A stretch of DNA of 64,000 bases, from the NCBI GenBank assembly GCA_951406725.2, contig OX597819.1, forward strand, positions 120,032,001 through 120,096,000, given 5' to 3'. Below, one piece after another: positions 38,549 to 53,188 of the stretch (within the stretch, counting starts at the first letter, position 1; the number at the start of each line of letters is the position of its first letter). Source of the DNA: Octopus vulgaris (lineage: Eukaryota). Made by a program: the position numbers and the translations under genes. The notes under the pieces were generated by a model. That model searched no databases. It saw nothing but the letters and a program-made list of their open reading frames with translations, and had not been told where the DNA came from.

Positions 38549-40829
38549 AAGTAGCTTGCTAACCAACCACATGGTTCCGGGTTCAGTCCCACTGAGTGGC
38601 ATCTTGGGCAAGTGTTTTCTGCTATAGCCCCGGGCCGACCAAAGCCTTGTGAATGGATTTGGTAGACGGAAACTGAAAGAAGCCTGTCGTATATATGTAT
38701 ATATATGTATGTGTGTGTGTGTGTGTGTGTGTGTTTGTGTGTCTGTGTTTGTCCCCCTAGCATTGCTTGACAACCGATGCTGGTGTTTACGTCCCCGTCA
38801 CTTAGCGGTTCGGCAAAAGAGACCGATAGAATAAGTACTGGGCTTACAAAGAATAAGTCCCGGGGTTGATTTGCTCGACTAAAAGGCGGTGCTCCAGCAT
38901 GGCCGCAGTCAAATGACTGAAAAAAGTAAAAGAGAGAGAGTAAGCATTTTGCTTTTTTAATTTACACACATTTTATGACAGTTAAAAAATGAAATGGCAG
39001 AAGCAGGATATCTCCCACAAACTTAGTTGATCGCTGTTTTTGAACAGTATATAAAGTGTAGGATCTGCATTGTCATTTTGTCACAAGTATCTATCAACTA
39101 AGTTACTCCACTCGCAGGTGTATTTTTACAATTTAAACAACTACAGGGACGAGATCTGTTTCTCTATCTATTTCTTACGTCATCTTAGATGTTTGTAGTT
39201 TTTTTTAGTCCACAGTATTACTTATTAGAGAGAGACCCTACCGTATGTATATTCACTATACAGTCAGTGCTTTTCAGTATTTTACCTCAGTCAGATTGCA
39301 AAGGTTCGAAAACAGCGTCATTACGTTCTCTCTATCTATATATATTCTGATCACTTCTTAGATTGACAACTGAAACGTTGCCAAAGGCTTTACTGAGGAG
39401 GGTTAGTCAGACGGAAATGTGTCTATTGTATTTCTTTGCAAGATCTCTCTTTAAATATCAGCCCACTTTCAATCTGTATTTTCAATATTCTGCAACAATT
39501 TACTTTGACTAGTCTTCTTGCAGTGAACATTCCTGGTAGTTTTTTTAAATTTTAAACATGCTCAAGGGATGTATTTTCAACTAATGGCTTGGAAAATCTG
39601 TATTGATTGAGGCTGTTCAACTCGCTATATTATTAATGAAATCCAAACCAGATTCGTATTTAGTATGCAGAGCGCTCCCTTGAGGCACTTTCCATCTGCC
39701 ATATTGCTCAAAACTAATTATAAGTTTAGTGCTCACTTCAACGAGTGAAGATGGGTTAACTAACAAAGCTGCATTACTTGTGTAACGTCCACCATTTTAA
39801 CAGAATTTAATGTTCTCTGCAATATCTGTGTGGAACACTTGCTATCTGTTCAATCAAACACAAAAAAAAATCGAAATACCCATTTGTAATTCAGCAAATA
39901 TCTAGAGGGTCAGCAGAGCACCAGTTTGCCTAAAGCCATTTTCTCGGCTTTTAAATACGATATTTCTTTCCCCGATACTAAGATAATATCAGAAAACTTT
40001 CCGTGTGTACATGAATTTTGTCATATTAAAAGCATAGCCATCATTAACAATATTATAGCTAAAAGCTATGCTTGAAGCTATGCTAAAATTACAAACTAAT
40101 TACATTATTATTTTTTTTCTTGTTTTGGGAAATTGTTTTCGCAGAGGCACCATTAATTAAAAATATGACGGTAAAATTGCTGCATAATTAAACTTGATCG
40201 CATTAATAATGATGTGTTTAGAAAACCCGTAGAGATGGCAAAAATTACACAGAAATGTAGCAGTTTATATTTTATGGAATTTTGTTCTGTGATTGGCATT
40301 TGCGCATTGAATTAATTACTTCATTTTGTAGGCAACAAATTTTTCAATAAAAGCAGTGATTATTTCTCTCTATAATACTGAAGCATGAATTATGTTAGTT
40401 TTAAAATAAAAATTTCAAAAAATACCAAAATAAATATTTCTTATTCAGATACAATCTTTCAATTTGTTCAAAGTTAACTAACTGTTGACAGTTAGAACAC
40501 TGCTCCCTCAGAAAATGCAACAGAGTGTAAAGCCTTTGAACGAAACGCTTCGGCAAATATCACAAACTACCATCGTGTTAAAATTGATCATAATTAAGAT
40601 ATAGGCAATAGGCAATGCATAAGAGCCTAGTAACAGCTTAACATGACTCTATTCTCTTGTCCATCACTAAAATGTATTATATAATGAATCGGTTGTATAT
40701 CACATTAATCAGATAATATCTGTACATATTGATTAATTTTCAAATTTGTTGTTTGTGAAAAGCTGCAATCACTAATGACAGCACAATCTGCAAAACTAGT
40801 AACGATAATTAACGTTGCTATTATTTTTT

Positions 40830-40845
40830 TTATTTTATTATTATA

Positions 40846-40902
<57 letters not shown>

Positions 40903-40905
40903 TTT

Positions 40906-40937
<32 letters not shown>

Positions 40938-41330
40938 TATTATTATTATTGTTATTATTATTATTGTTGTTGTTGCTGCTGTTGTTGTTGCTGTTGTTGT
41001 TGTTGTTGTTATTATTATTGTGTTGTTGTCGTTGTCGTTGTCGGTACTGTTGTTGTTATTTCCATCTCGCTCCTCAGAATTCTTGGTTTCACTCGTTCCG
41101 GCCATTTCTGTAAGAAGGAACAACAGACTGTTGCCAAGGATCTCACAGGGTTTCTTTACGCGATACTTAACATCCAAGTACCAAACTCGAAAGCCACGGT
41201 GTCCCCAACAGAGCCGTTCCTGGAGTGTATTCATCCCTCATGTCAATCCAGTTCCTCATGATCACAAGATTGTGATTTCGGTTCTTGCGGACTGTATGTG
41301 CATATGTTTTTGAGCACAACGCTTCCTTTC
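40830..41330 (-). mobile_element. 3' end of an R4/Dong-like retrotransposon with (TAA)n/(TGA)n/(CAA)n tail
   Basis: Minus strand ctccaggaacggctctgttggggaca reads LQ.TALLGT with one frameshift (cf. LQKTALLGT), followed by a short UTR and trinucleotide tracts. Confidence 0.5.
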
Positions 41331-41519
41331 ATATTACTCCAGCTTACACAACTGTAAATGAGTAATTTGCAACATACTAGCTTAGCGTCTACGAAAACGT
41401 TATGATTTGGGGTCACTTATGCGTCATGGAAATAGGGTAACTTGCTCTATGAGCCCTAGAACCAAAGACTATAACATCTACAGATTGATAATGATGAAAT
41501 GGCTTCCACATCATTATCT

Positions 41520-41910
41520 TTTATCTTTTACACTTGATTTGTTTCAGTCCTTAGATTGCGGCCATGCTGGAACTTCGCTTTGAAGATATTTCAGTCAAAT
41601 GAATCGCGCCCAGTACTTATGTTTTTTAAAATCTTACTACTTATTATATCGGTCTCTTTTAATAAACTTCTAAATTATATGGACGTAAGCACACCAACGG
41701 GTTCGCCCAGACACAAAGATATATATATATTCCTATATATTAACACACATATACATATATTATACACGGGACGGGCTTCCTTCAGTTTTCCTCTATCAAA
41801 TCAACCCACAAGGCTTGGGTCGGCCAGAGTATATATACGAAGACATTTGGTCAGGTTGCCACGCAGTGGGACTGAATCTGAAACCATGGGTTGGGAAGCT
41901 AGGTTCTTAC
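41520..41910 (-). mobile_element. SINE family A, diverged
   Basis: tttgtttcagtc...gcggccatgctgg...gccacgcagtgggactgaa. Confidence 0.75.
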
Positions 41911-42672
41911 ATCTGCACCTTTCTAGAGTTATTTTCATAATTGTACTAAGGGGTGCACTTTGTACAATGAGATCTGTGTTATTTTGTTAAGATCCGCTTG
42001 TAATTTGTATACACTGTGTTATTTGCGTTATCTCTCTCGCTGCCATATGTTCGTTACGTAGGAAAAATGTTGTTACATATATAAAGTGAGAATAAAATAC
42101 CTCGACTGTCAATAGCTTGAACAGATGTATAATAGAATCAGATATCAATTGTGTAATAACAGTACAAGTGTGTTATTATAAGACGACTGTTTCTGTAGCT
42201 CTTTTGCATTAAATTCGTTTTGCGTAAAATGTAGGCTGAAACAAGTAGGCTATCTTTCGAAACCTACAAGAACCTTTTTTTGAATTTCGTTATATACTTT
42301 TGCGCTCAATTATAATCATACCTAGAGCATAGCTAATTGGATATTTCCACCCTCATCCAGGTTATCTCACTTTCAAAAATCATTTAACATTGCAGCTTCT
42401 GTACATTATTATGTGCAAGGTTATAGACAGAATGGATCAAGATAGTTATTAGAATACAAACATTTTTGTTCCAACCCTTTAAAATTATAATCTAGATCGA
42501 CTTGCACGTCTTGTCAGTCTAAATAAGCTTGTCCCAAATGATTGTGGCCTGGTCTTTGTCATATGCTGTGTTACTCTTTTTATTTTGCTCTGCTGCTTTT
42601 TACCTCTGTTTCTCACACACTCACGTAGTCTCTCTTTCTGTCTCACACACACTCATATACACATACTCTCTC

Positions 42673-42714
<42 letters not shown>

Positions 42715-44934
42715 ATATATACACACTAGCACACTATCTCACGCACACATACACACGCTCTCTCTCACATATATCTTCATCCTCTTTGCGATTTTATTCA
42801 GTATTATTCGGCGCCTTATTCTTCTCTCATTGATTATATTCTCAAACAAGAATGTCGTTAGATTCATCATAATTTTCATCTGATATTTATTTATAGTTAG
42901 TGTTTGTTGTCATGTATTTCCCCACTGATGCATAAATAATACTCCATCGCAAGAAATGATCACTCGAACGTCTCTGCATCTGTGAACATCTAGACTACCG
43001 GAGTCTTTGAACGTAAGTCTCAGCAGCCAAGAAAGCAACACAAACCGGGGAATAAGCACCAATTATAACAAGAGCAGAATAAAATTTAACAACCATTGAA
43101 CATCAATAACCAGAAGACCCTCTCAGCTTACGTATTTATTCGAAAAGACAAGAGGGAATTGAAGAAATACGTTAAACAAAACAGTGACAATGCTTACACA
43201 AAGCAAAGTCTTTGATGTATTCACTGTCAAACACACGTCCGACAAGTGAATTCCCGAGAGAACCGCACCAGAAATCTAATGTAATTTGATATAAAGTTTT
43301 CAAAATGACGTGAATGCATTCAAGCAAATTCTGGACAAGTGAATTATAGAGACGCGTTTCAAGAGCCCTTAACAAGCAGTGCATCGAAAAAAGAATAAGG
43401 AATTTATTTAACTTCCTTGAAAATGACATAAGCAGTTTATATAGTCTGAAAATACAAAACACTAGAAACGATCACAGTAGGACTATGTGAGGATCAACGT
43501 GGAAATGGTAAGACCCAACGTTACCTCAGCGTGTCACAAAAGGCGACTGTAACGGTTAACTTACGATTTGCTCTCTGACCTTATAAAACCCTCACAAACA
43601 ACGACTATTCAAACAGACCCATGGATTGGAAGGTTGTCGCTTCATTGGTGCAAAGGTGTCATCCGCCAGGAGTATGGAATCACTAACAAATGGTGGATGC
43701 AGGATGCGATGTTATAGCGGATGCAAATTTGTTGCTACTGTTAATACTAAGACCACTAACCCTATTATTACTACTGCCACTATTACTACTAATACCACCA
43801 CCAGCACTACTTCTACAACTATTTCTACAGTTTATGTATATAATGAACAAATAAGATTAAAATATAAATTATACCAGGGCACAGGATGTTACAAACGGTC
43901 GAAAATTAAACCTGCTACACTCAACACGTAATACGCGAAAAGTGGACTGTAGAAAAATACAGAATTCAAAACACCTGTACAACATAATACATACTCTCCT
44001 AATCATTTAAAATAATTACGCCACATGATTGCGTATATATTTGTGAACCCTGCAATCGAATATCAATGACTACCATACCTTATGTTATACAGGGTGATCA
44101 TCCATTCAAATAACTGAATATGCATACTGCATACGCTTCATAATCTCGTGCCAACAGTAAAACATATGACACCAAACACACACTATGTACGAAACGCAAA
44201 ACAAAAAAAAATCCTCTGCTCAGCAAAATAAAACATGACTTATGTTGTTTGTATAGCAGTTGAGACACAAAAGTGACATCAAAATCAACACTCCTTGAAC
44301 TCTGATAAATCAGGGCGGATATAATGTACAAACGTAAACTTCATTTTCAAAAGACAATACTACACTATCCCCAGGAACACTGAAGTAAAGTTATGACATA
44401 TAACGAAACCCATCGAGACTAGTTATCGTATATTTCGCAAGACCTGTACGTTTGAGAAAAATCGGCGGAATGAGTACAGTGAAATTGCGGTCGTCAGTAG
44501 AAAATCCGACGTTTCGGACTGTTGTTCTTCAGTATAAACTTAACAGGGTAGAAATGAAAGAAGACAGCAGAGATTTGGATTATTTATGTTTGATTCAACT
44601 CCCTACGGCAATTTCCCTACGCTCTTTCAATCAATATTACTACAAAATGTTAAGCGTACAGTGACACGACCAAATATTGCAAGGTTTTTTTTTCAGGCTA
44701 TATTGATTCTTTAACTCCGACTTTCTTAAACTGGGTATCTAATGTTTTTATACAGTTATGCTTGCTACAGGCATCTGGTACTCAAAAATCTGACCCTCTT
44801 CTCTATAATCAAACTGACATTCCCGATTATAGGCAGTTTCAACTGTAATTAACCTATACCGAAATATAATTTACTGTAACCTTCTAGTATAGGTTTTTGT
44901 ACGTTTGTCATTCAATTTCTTAATCAGGTCTTTC

Positions 44935-46712
44935 GACAAAAGAATTTAACATTTACATCATTCAAATTAAAATGGCCGTCGAGGGCATTCAAATTAGTTG
45001 GAATGCAAGGAAGCGTCTTTTCGATCATTTAAATTCGCACCTGAGCATTCAAGTTCGGCATAATTTTATTCAATTTAGCATTAATTTTACATGTGTGATT
45101 TTACTCACATTCTAAGACGTGAATGTTAAAAATGGCAAATTTAAATGGCATATTTTGTCATGCAAATTTTATTGTTGTTCTAGCTACAAGGAAGAAATAA
45201 ATCATGTGATTCTTCTGTCCACGAAAGTTTTTTTCATTGCAACATTCGTAACCGGTCGGTATCAGTGGCATTCTATATCCTTTTCTCTTACACCAACTTG
45301 TAATCATGGAGCCCCGCATAAGGTTCATGCGTATATCGGACGAAGTTAGGGCAAGGCTGGTTGACTCCTTCGAGGGTCGTCAAACTGATTGCCTGCAACT
45401 AGTGGATACACTTGGTATTAAAAGGAGTACTTTCAGATCCATAGTAGCGACCTACTTACGGTTTAGGAGGTGTCACAAGTTGCCCAGAAGAGGTGCTCAC
45501 CACGTTAAGGTTGATAAGGAAATGCGAGCCAGGTTTCAGGTGATTATTGATGCCAACCCACTCGCAACCCTTCAACACATGAAGAGGGACTTCGAGGCAG
45601 CATTGTACGGAAAGCCACCTGATTCTGTGTCTGCAATCTCACGGGCTCTAGGTGGGATTTTGATAACTATGAAGTTGGCCGAAGACGTCCCAGTTTCAAG
45701 AAATGCACCAAGAACTCTGGGAAAGCGTTATGGGTATGTGCATTAGTTCATGGAAGAGAATTGTATTCATTTATGAATGTGGGTACAGCATTTGGACCAC
45801 GCTGTCTTTTGGACGAGCTCCTCGAGGTGTTCCTGTTCGCCGAGTTGTCAAACGTCACTTCCGCGGTGTCGGTAGAAGTCCATCTGGTCCCCCAAACCAT
45901 TGCGAACGATGCCGTTTCACGAAGCTCTTTCGATAAGTTCTTGGTGGAAAAAGTTCCAGCATGTGCCGACATGTTCCCAGCGGATGAATCCGTCTACTTG
46001 ATCTACGACAACGCCCAGCTACATGCTCGGGTCGACATCTCAGATGACCCGAGGATCAGTCTGAAACTCCTGCCTCCCTACTCGCGGTTTCTTAACTCTA
46101 CAGAAATGGCGCAATCTGGCTCCTAGTTGATGTGGTTCCCAAGCGGCTTCAGAAGCTGGTGGTGAATGCCGATGCCTATATCAAATTTTAAATAAGATTC
46201 CATGCTATACACTTTCTTTACATATTCGTTTTTTCTTATAATTTAGTTAATAAATAAATTATAAGTATTTTAAAATAGGGAGTTACTTTTCAATCACCAC
46301 GTATATGCTTTTCCCAAGAAATATTACTTACACAAAAGAACACATAACACAACATAATCTATTCAGAATCAAAGAGGATAAGCATTTGTTGTAATTGTGA
46401 GTTTCTTTAAAAAGATTGAAAAGGTTGGAATGCGATTTCATTTAATAATTAATACCTATGCAAAAATAAAAGAATACATAGAAAAAACAAGGCCACGGTT
46501 GAGTGCTTAAAGCATAAACAATGGAGGAAAATATATGATTATGATAACAATGATCATAAGATAAAACGAAAACAGCCATTGTGCTAAATTGATTGCTCCA
46601 GGAATTAAACAGATTGCTCCGAAACGAATTTGAATGATCCAAAAGACGCTGATTTGAATGATCTCGATGGGCATTTTAATTTGAATGATATAAATGCTAA
46701 ATTCTTTGACCG
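44935..46712 (+). mobile_element. Decayed IS630/Tc1-type DNA transposon with long TIRs
   Basis: Frameshifted transposase at 45327-46126 (HTH region, IVFIYECG, YLIYDNA, LPPYSRFLNSTE); 44935-45060 is inversely matched by ~46605-46712. Confidence 0.75.
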
Positions 46713-47515
46713 AACTGCAAAATTGTATAATTCGGAAAACGAATTTGAATGGCTAACTTCATGGCGATAATTTTTTTCGCGTCTTTGAATGACCCAATTA
46801 TCAAATTGAATGAAACCGTTCGAAAATGGCTGCAAAAGCCTACATTATCCCCATTTTACTGAAGCAAACTTGGAACTACAGTTATAACTTTGAAATGGTC
46901 GATTTTGAGGAATACATTTCACATGGCTTCACGTCAGTATACCGTAGACAACCTACTCTTTTCAAATTTTGCAACAATTCCTTTCATGTAACATTTCGTA
47001 GCATCCCAAAATTTGTGTCATGCCTGGAAGCGAAAGGTGGAAGTACCACACCAAGTACCAGACTAATATACAGAATCTTCGTGTGAGATCAATAGACGAC
47101 TTTCAGAATATCTTTTCAACGACCAAAGTTATCTTAAGCTTAACCGTATATTTTCTTTTAAAAACCTTCAGCAAAACAAAAAATATTAGTTCACAAACAT
47201 ATATATTTATTCAAATATAAATATAAATATCAATATATATATATATATATATATATACATACATACACACATTATATATATGACTGACTCTCACACCCGA
47301 TGTTTATCGTACATGCAGCAGCTAAATACGGATCGATATACGTTTAAGTATGAACTGTATTGCAAAGAAGAAAATAAAACAATAAAGGAAAATTACTAGT
47401 TAGAAAGCCTGTATGTAACTTCGGTGTATGTAGGGTAAACACTATTCTCTCTCCCTATTTCTTTCTCTATTTCTCTCTCTCTCTCTGTCTCTCTCTCTTG
47501 TATGTATGTATGTAC

Positions 47516-47572
<57 letters not shown>

Positions 47573-47899
47573 CCGCATGTCTACCGCTTATATGTACGCA
47601 TATATGTATGTATATTTGTTTGTGTATATACAAACACACACTCATATATACACGTATGTAGGTATGTACCTATGTATGCATATAAGTATGAGGTGTGTGA
47701 CATATATTTCTAAACATTGAAGTTATTTACAGAATAATTGAGTCCGAAGCAATGATTGTTTTGTTTAAACTACTGTAAGTTGATGTTTGGCGTATGAAAT
47801 TTTCAATATCAGGTGTAATAAAGAAAATTTGGTACAATTTGTTAATAAGAAACCTATGTGTGAGACACATTAGACTTGGCAACATCAATGTTATGGCCG

Positions 47900-48600
47900 A
47901 TTATTATTTTCTAATTTTACATAGAATTTAATTCACACTCCTTTGACCGCGGAGACTCACCTCTCAATATCATCGTCTGACAACATAGACTGTAGTTCTA
48001 GACATCGGAACCTACCAATCTTATACTACTACGCCAATATATTACAGTCCTGAATATTTTCAGGATCACAGGAAATCTGAAAGCATTTATTTTGGGGATC
48101 AATGTTTTCAAATTCATCTTGTACTGAAATGTTTAGTACGAATAGGACTCCATCATGTAAGTCACAGAAGAAAAAGAATGCTAATGTTCAGATTATTTTG
48201 AGGGATATTCGAAAGAAATTAACAGAAAGATAATCAATGATTCATTGGTAAACATAATACGTAATCTTAACATTAAGATATCGAGCAATCGCATTCGTAA
48301 TCTGATTGTATGCAACGTATAAGGGCTCCGATAAAGTCATCCAAAGTACTTAATGGGGATATAAACCTGTATTGAATTCATATTGATAATAGAAATATGT
48401 AGTTCAATATAGATGTCTAGCACCGTAGTTTATCCTCGAAATGGCCTTACATTTCCTGCCTACCCTGTTTTACTTAAACGCCATGGATCTATCCAAAAAT
48501 ATGGTAAAAGACATCTGTTCAATGTCTAAATCTAAAACCAGAGTTTGTTCGGGAATATAAAAAAAAACAGTAGATTTGAATTACAAAATTGTTTAGACAA
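47900..48600 (-). pseudogene. Possible very decayed DIRS/Ngaro-type RT remnant
   Basis: Minus-strand snippets DRSMAF and Y/LDDFIGA (with a frameshift); weak. Confidence 0.25.
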
Positions 48601-49377
48601 TGGATAGTTCATAGACGCCATCTGCAAAATGTGGTAATTAGATAAATATTATTATCCCTTCACCGATATAATTTTCTTTCCACATTTCAAATATATTTTT
48701 AGTTAGTCTGCTAACGTTCCACACATTAAATATTTTAGCTGTAATTTACTTAAAAATTCATAAGAAAATATCTGTGAAACATGTGATACTGTGATTTCTT
48801 TTTTAATCCGCTATATTTTATATGCATTTATATCGCATTAATTTCTCTTTATGGTATTACAAAACGTTACTTATATAACCTTAAATAACATATGTATCCA
48901 GACCTATAATGTGATTATTCCCAATTTAACAATGCCTAACACATCACACTGTCGCCAGCTTTTCAGAAGTAGTTTTCCCTGTTCAATAGTTGTTTGATTT
49001 TTACATTTATCTATCTCTTTAAAAATCTATATTTTTATATAAGATTTTCTTCACACACATTGATTTCCTTATTCACTGGTATTTTGTGATTTAAAATGTC
49101 TTTTTGATTTTCATTTGTATCTTTACATAATGTTTTATTATAACTGTGTGCGTATGGGTGTTTGTGTCTATATCTATATGCCGATGTGTCTGAGTGTATC
49201 CGATGTGGCTACTTTTGGAGAAAGTGTAAATCAGAGTCAATATATGTTCTTGTTGCGGTGACATATCTAAATTCGATATATAGACATGTCTAGCGAATCT
49301 AAATCTAATTCATATTAATATTGACCAGTATGTGTTTATGTATGTATGTATGCCTAAATATGCCAATGCATATACGC

Positions 49378-49411
<34 letters not shown>

Positions 49412-51070
49412 AATGCATATACGTATTTTATATATATATATATATATATATACCTACGTGTGTGTGTGTGTGTAAATACGTATGTTTTCATTTATGTATG
49501 TATCTTCAACTGGACTCGATAGCTAAAGTTGAATTAGATATTTATTTTCTAAATGGTAAGAGTAATTTCAATGTTTGGCCAAATCTAGGTTTCCATTGTA
49601 TACTAGACGAAAGCCATCAGTCATATACGGACCTCTGAGAGGAATCAATCTGAAACAAGTAGTTGTCATGGGTGAAGTAGCATTATTGATACATGACAAT
49701 TCAAAATCCCGATAGAAACGGTCGTATTCTATATTTGGCTGAATAGGTTTAAAATAAATATAAAAATAAAATATATCAGGTTAACATTGGATGAAAATAC
49801 TTCGCGTGTGATTGCATAAGATATTCTGATTGTTTATCAATATAAGTATTTGAAGTGTTGTAAATGTTTATAACTGATATCATCTAAGAAAATTCAGAAT
49901 CAGATAAAGTGTTTCGCGAAGGTTGGTGTTAAATTGTTTTAGATGGGCTGTTGTCTGTGACTTCAATATTTCGAACTGGTTCTTATTGCTGATCAGGGGC
50001 AAAATTGCATTGATCTTGGTTCTATTTCCAACAACAACGTGATTTAAGGTCTTGGACTGAACTAGATCGATCTGACCACAATATTACTGGCCGCATGGTG
50101 GACTGTGGTTTGACACTGAACTAGAATACAAAACGTTACGAATTTTCTCAATGTGTTAGATTTTGTTTGGAAGGTTTAAACGCATGAAGGTAATTTAAAT
50201 TTCAATTATCTTGTGTGCACAAAATTTGTACTTTTATAAATATATAATTTGAACGAAACTATATCCGCTAAAAGCATAATGAAATTTTACATTACTGATA
50301 ATCTTTATATACAATCTATGTCATGATATAGAACAAACATGTGATGTTTTAAAATGAAATAATCAAGATTAAAGGCTATAATTATGTTAGTGAGACAACT
50401 ATGATTTTTTCCCATTCATCTTTAAAGATTACTTACAGAAGATTCCCTCGAAATAAATAAGAAATGCAGGAAGATTTCCCAAGTTAAATTACTAGAAAAC
50501 CGTAAAAGTACATTTTCACATACAATCGTTAGCAATTCTTTTTTTATTTTTCCTTCCCAAGCGGCTTTTAATCACCAAAATCGAAAGCTGTATGAGATAA
50601 AATTACATCCGAATGCTATGTACTTTTACTATTTCAGCTGAAAAAAAAAACACGTGACGTTAGATAAATTTGATAATTATATTGCGTTTGTGAGAAGAGG
50701 AATTTATGTTTTAGTATAAACATTTTATTTGGCCATGTTAGGATTCATGGCAACCGGTATAATCTAAGAGAAATGTAAGTAAAAATTTGAACTATGGGGA
50801 TGCGATGTAATGAACCAGTTAGGACTAAACTGAGATAATATATTACAAAGTTCCGCTGCAGGTACAGGTAATGCTGGAAAATATACTCACTTACTGTATA
50901 ACTAAATGAGAACACCGTTCAGTTGACTGAGCTTAACGTTGATTGGGCATAATGAAAGCTAGCGGTTCGAAGTCATAGGTTTTATTTTATGTAACAAGCA
51001 TGTCATTATTATCATCTTGCAATTATAAGTGTGTGAAGAAATATTGCATTTCTACCAGACGTGCCACACA

Positions 51071-51136
<66 letters not shown>

Positions 51137-51289
51137 CCATACTTCATCCATTAAGTTGGTTATGAGCCAACGAGAAGCATCTAAGAGAACATTTAACCTG
51201 ATATAAATAGCAAAACCTATCTTTTATGTCCCCTATCACTCTCTTGGAAAAAAGCCATTTTCAATGAAATGCTTTGAGTTTCTCTGGCA

Positions 51290-51480
51290 GGTGCCGCAAA
51301 TGTAGCGAAGACTTTTCCTGGCTGGCTGTAATGTTTACAAAAGGGACATGAAGGGCTGCAACATCAATATTAGCAACTGGGAAGCAGTTGCCAGCAACCG
51401 TGGAGATTGGCGACGTACCGTAAAAGAGGGAACACAAAGGAGTGACAGAGAGAGAGAGAGAGGAGAAATGAAAAGACAAG
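51290..51480 (+). mobile_element. RTE-type LINE ORF C-terminal fragment
   Basis: RDMKGCNINISNWEAVASNRGDWRRTVKEG matches the RTE pattern D.K...I....WE..A..R..WR..V..G. Confidence 0.7.
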
Positions 51481-52459
51481 AAAAGACGTCAACAAGAAAA
51501 TACTTTATAATCTATTACCATTTTTTGCCCATTACTCTATATACTCTATGTTCCAACTTTTGCTTTCGTACCTTTTTGCGAAATAAACCTATAAAATGTT
51601 GTATTTGATATTGGACTCAAAATGTATTTCAACCAAAAGGTAATTGTTTATCTTCTCAATAATACCATCAGTGTAAATTTGTTTTAAGAAAATACGTTAT
51701 TAAATCGATCTCTGGTCCCTTTCAATCTAAATAACAAAAGCAAACATAACCCAGAATCAATCGCATACACATTTCGTTCGTAAGATTTTTTAAAAGTTAT
51801 TTTTATATTACACATCTACGCATAATAGGTTAGATGTAAAAAAACGAATTGTTTACGATAGCAACCAAAATTGTTGTTTTAGTGCTTTCTAGTACATTAA
51901 CTATATAAATCTTACTACATTTCATATAGATTTCTAAAGGCGTTTCCATAAAATACTCGCATCAATAAAGTAAAAAATACATTTTTCTTAAAACATTTAT
52001 CGCCTTTGATGTGATTAATTGTGTTTCATACGTAATTCTATGGTACTTTCCATATCATAAGAAATCGACTGAATAAACCCATTATTACTCATATATATTT
52101 CATAAAGTATTTGGTTATATAAGAAACGAAATTTTAAACCTAATACACACATGATGTTTTTTTACTTCTTTGTAAATAAACCCAAACCAGTTTCCATACA
52201 AAACAATTCCTATAAACATGGGTGCCGGCATGGCTTCGTGGCTAACAATTTCGCTTTGCATTCATCATGTGATCTTAGGTTCAGTTACCCGATCTGTTAT
52301 TTTTCTCCTTATTACTATATATTGAATACAATATTCGATATATATATGCATCACAAATATTTGTATAATGATATACTTCTCTATGATATTTTTACACTAT
52401 TCATCCAGTTGAATAACTATCTACTTGTCTAGCTTTTGCACACTCACACAAACACACAC

Positions 52460-52510
<51 letters not shown>

Positions 52511-52529
52511 ACTGTATATCTTATATGTT

Positions 52530-52722
52530 TTGCTTTAGTCATTGCACCGCCTTGGAGAATTTTACTGGGACAAGTCGAACTGAGAACATATTTTCATATT
52601 AACCCTGGTATTTATTATATCGGACTCTTTTGCTTAAACGCGAGATTACGGAGACGTAAGCACACGGATACCGGTTGTGAAGCTCTGGTGAAGGACAAAC
52701 ACAGACACAAGCAAATAAACAA

Positions 52723-52815
<93 letters not shown>

Positions 52816-52970
52816 TATGATGAGCTTCTTTCAGTATCCGTCTACCAAATCTACTCACAAGGTTTTGACCGGCCCAAAGCTATAGTAGAAGGTACTTGCT
52901 CAAGGTGCCACGCACAAGGACGGAACCCGGAGCCTAGGGATTGGGAAGAAAACATCTTACCACATAGCCC
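52530..52970 (-). mobile_element. SINE family A, diverged
   Basis: cttctttcagtatccgtctaccaaatctactcacaagg...caaggtgccacgc. Confidence 0.75.
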
Positions 52971-53122
52971 TGCTTTAAACGTGCCTTCGGTTCAGCTCCC
53001 TCCTGCTAACAGCTGACAGTAGAAGGAAAGCATTCCTATCTATGTTCGGCATTCCCTACACACTTGGGAATTCTGGGCAATTAGCCGGTCCAAATTGTGT
53101 GATTCAAATGATTCGCTTATAT

Positions 53123-53188
<66 letters not shown>

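Larger units (their letters stand above)
36187..38941 (+). mobile_element. SINE family A split by a 2.3-kb insertion (36187-36224 and 38549-38941)
   Basis: The head stops at ...aagtagcttgctaac and resumes with aagtagcttgctaaccaaccacatggttccggg at 38549. Confidence 0.92.

Noticed and set aside
39668-39688. CTCF-like motif (reverse complement CCTCAAGGGAGCGC)
   Set aside because: A single short imperfect match is expected by chance and is unsupported without binding data.
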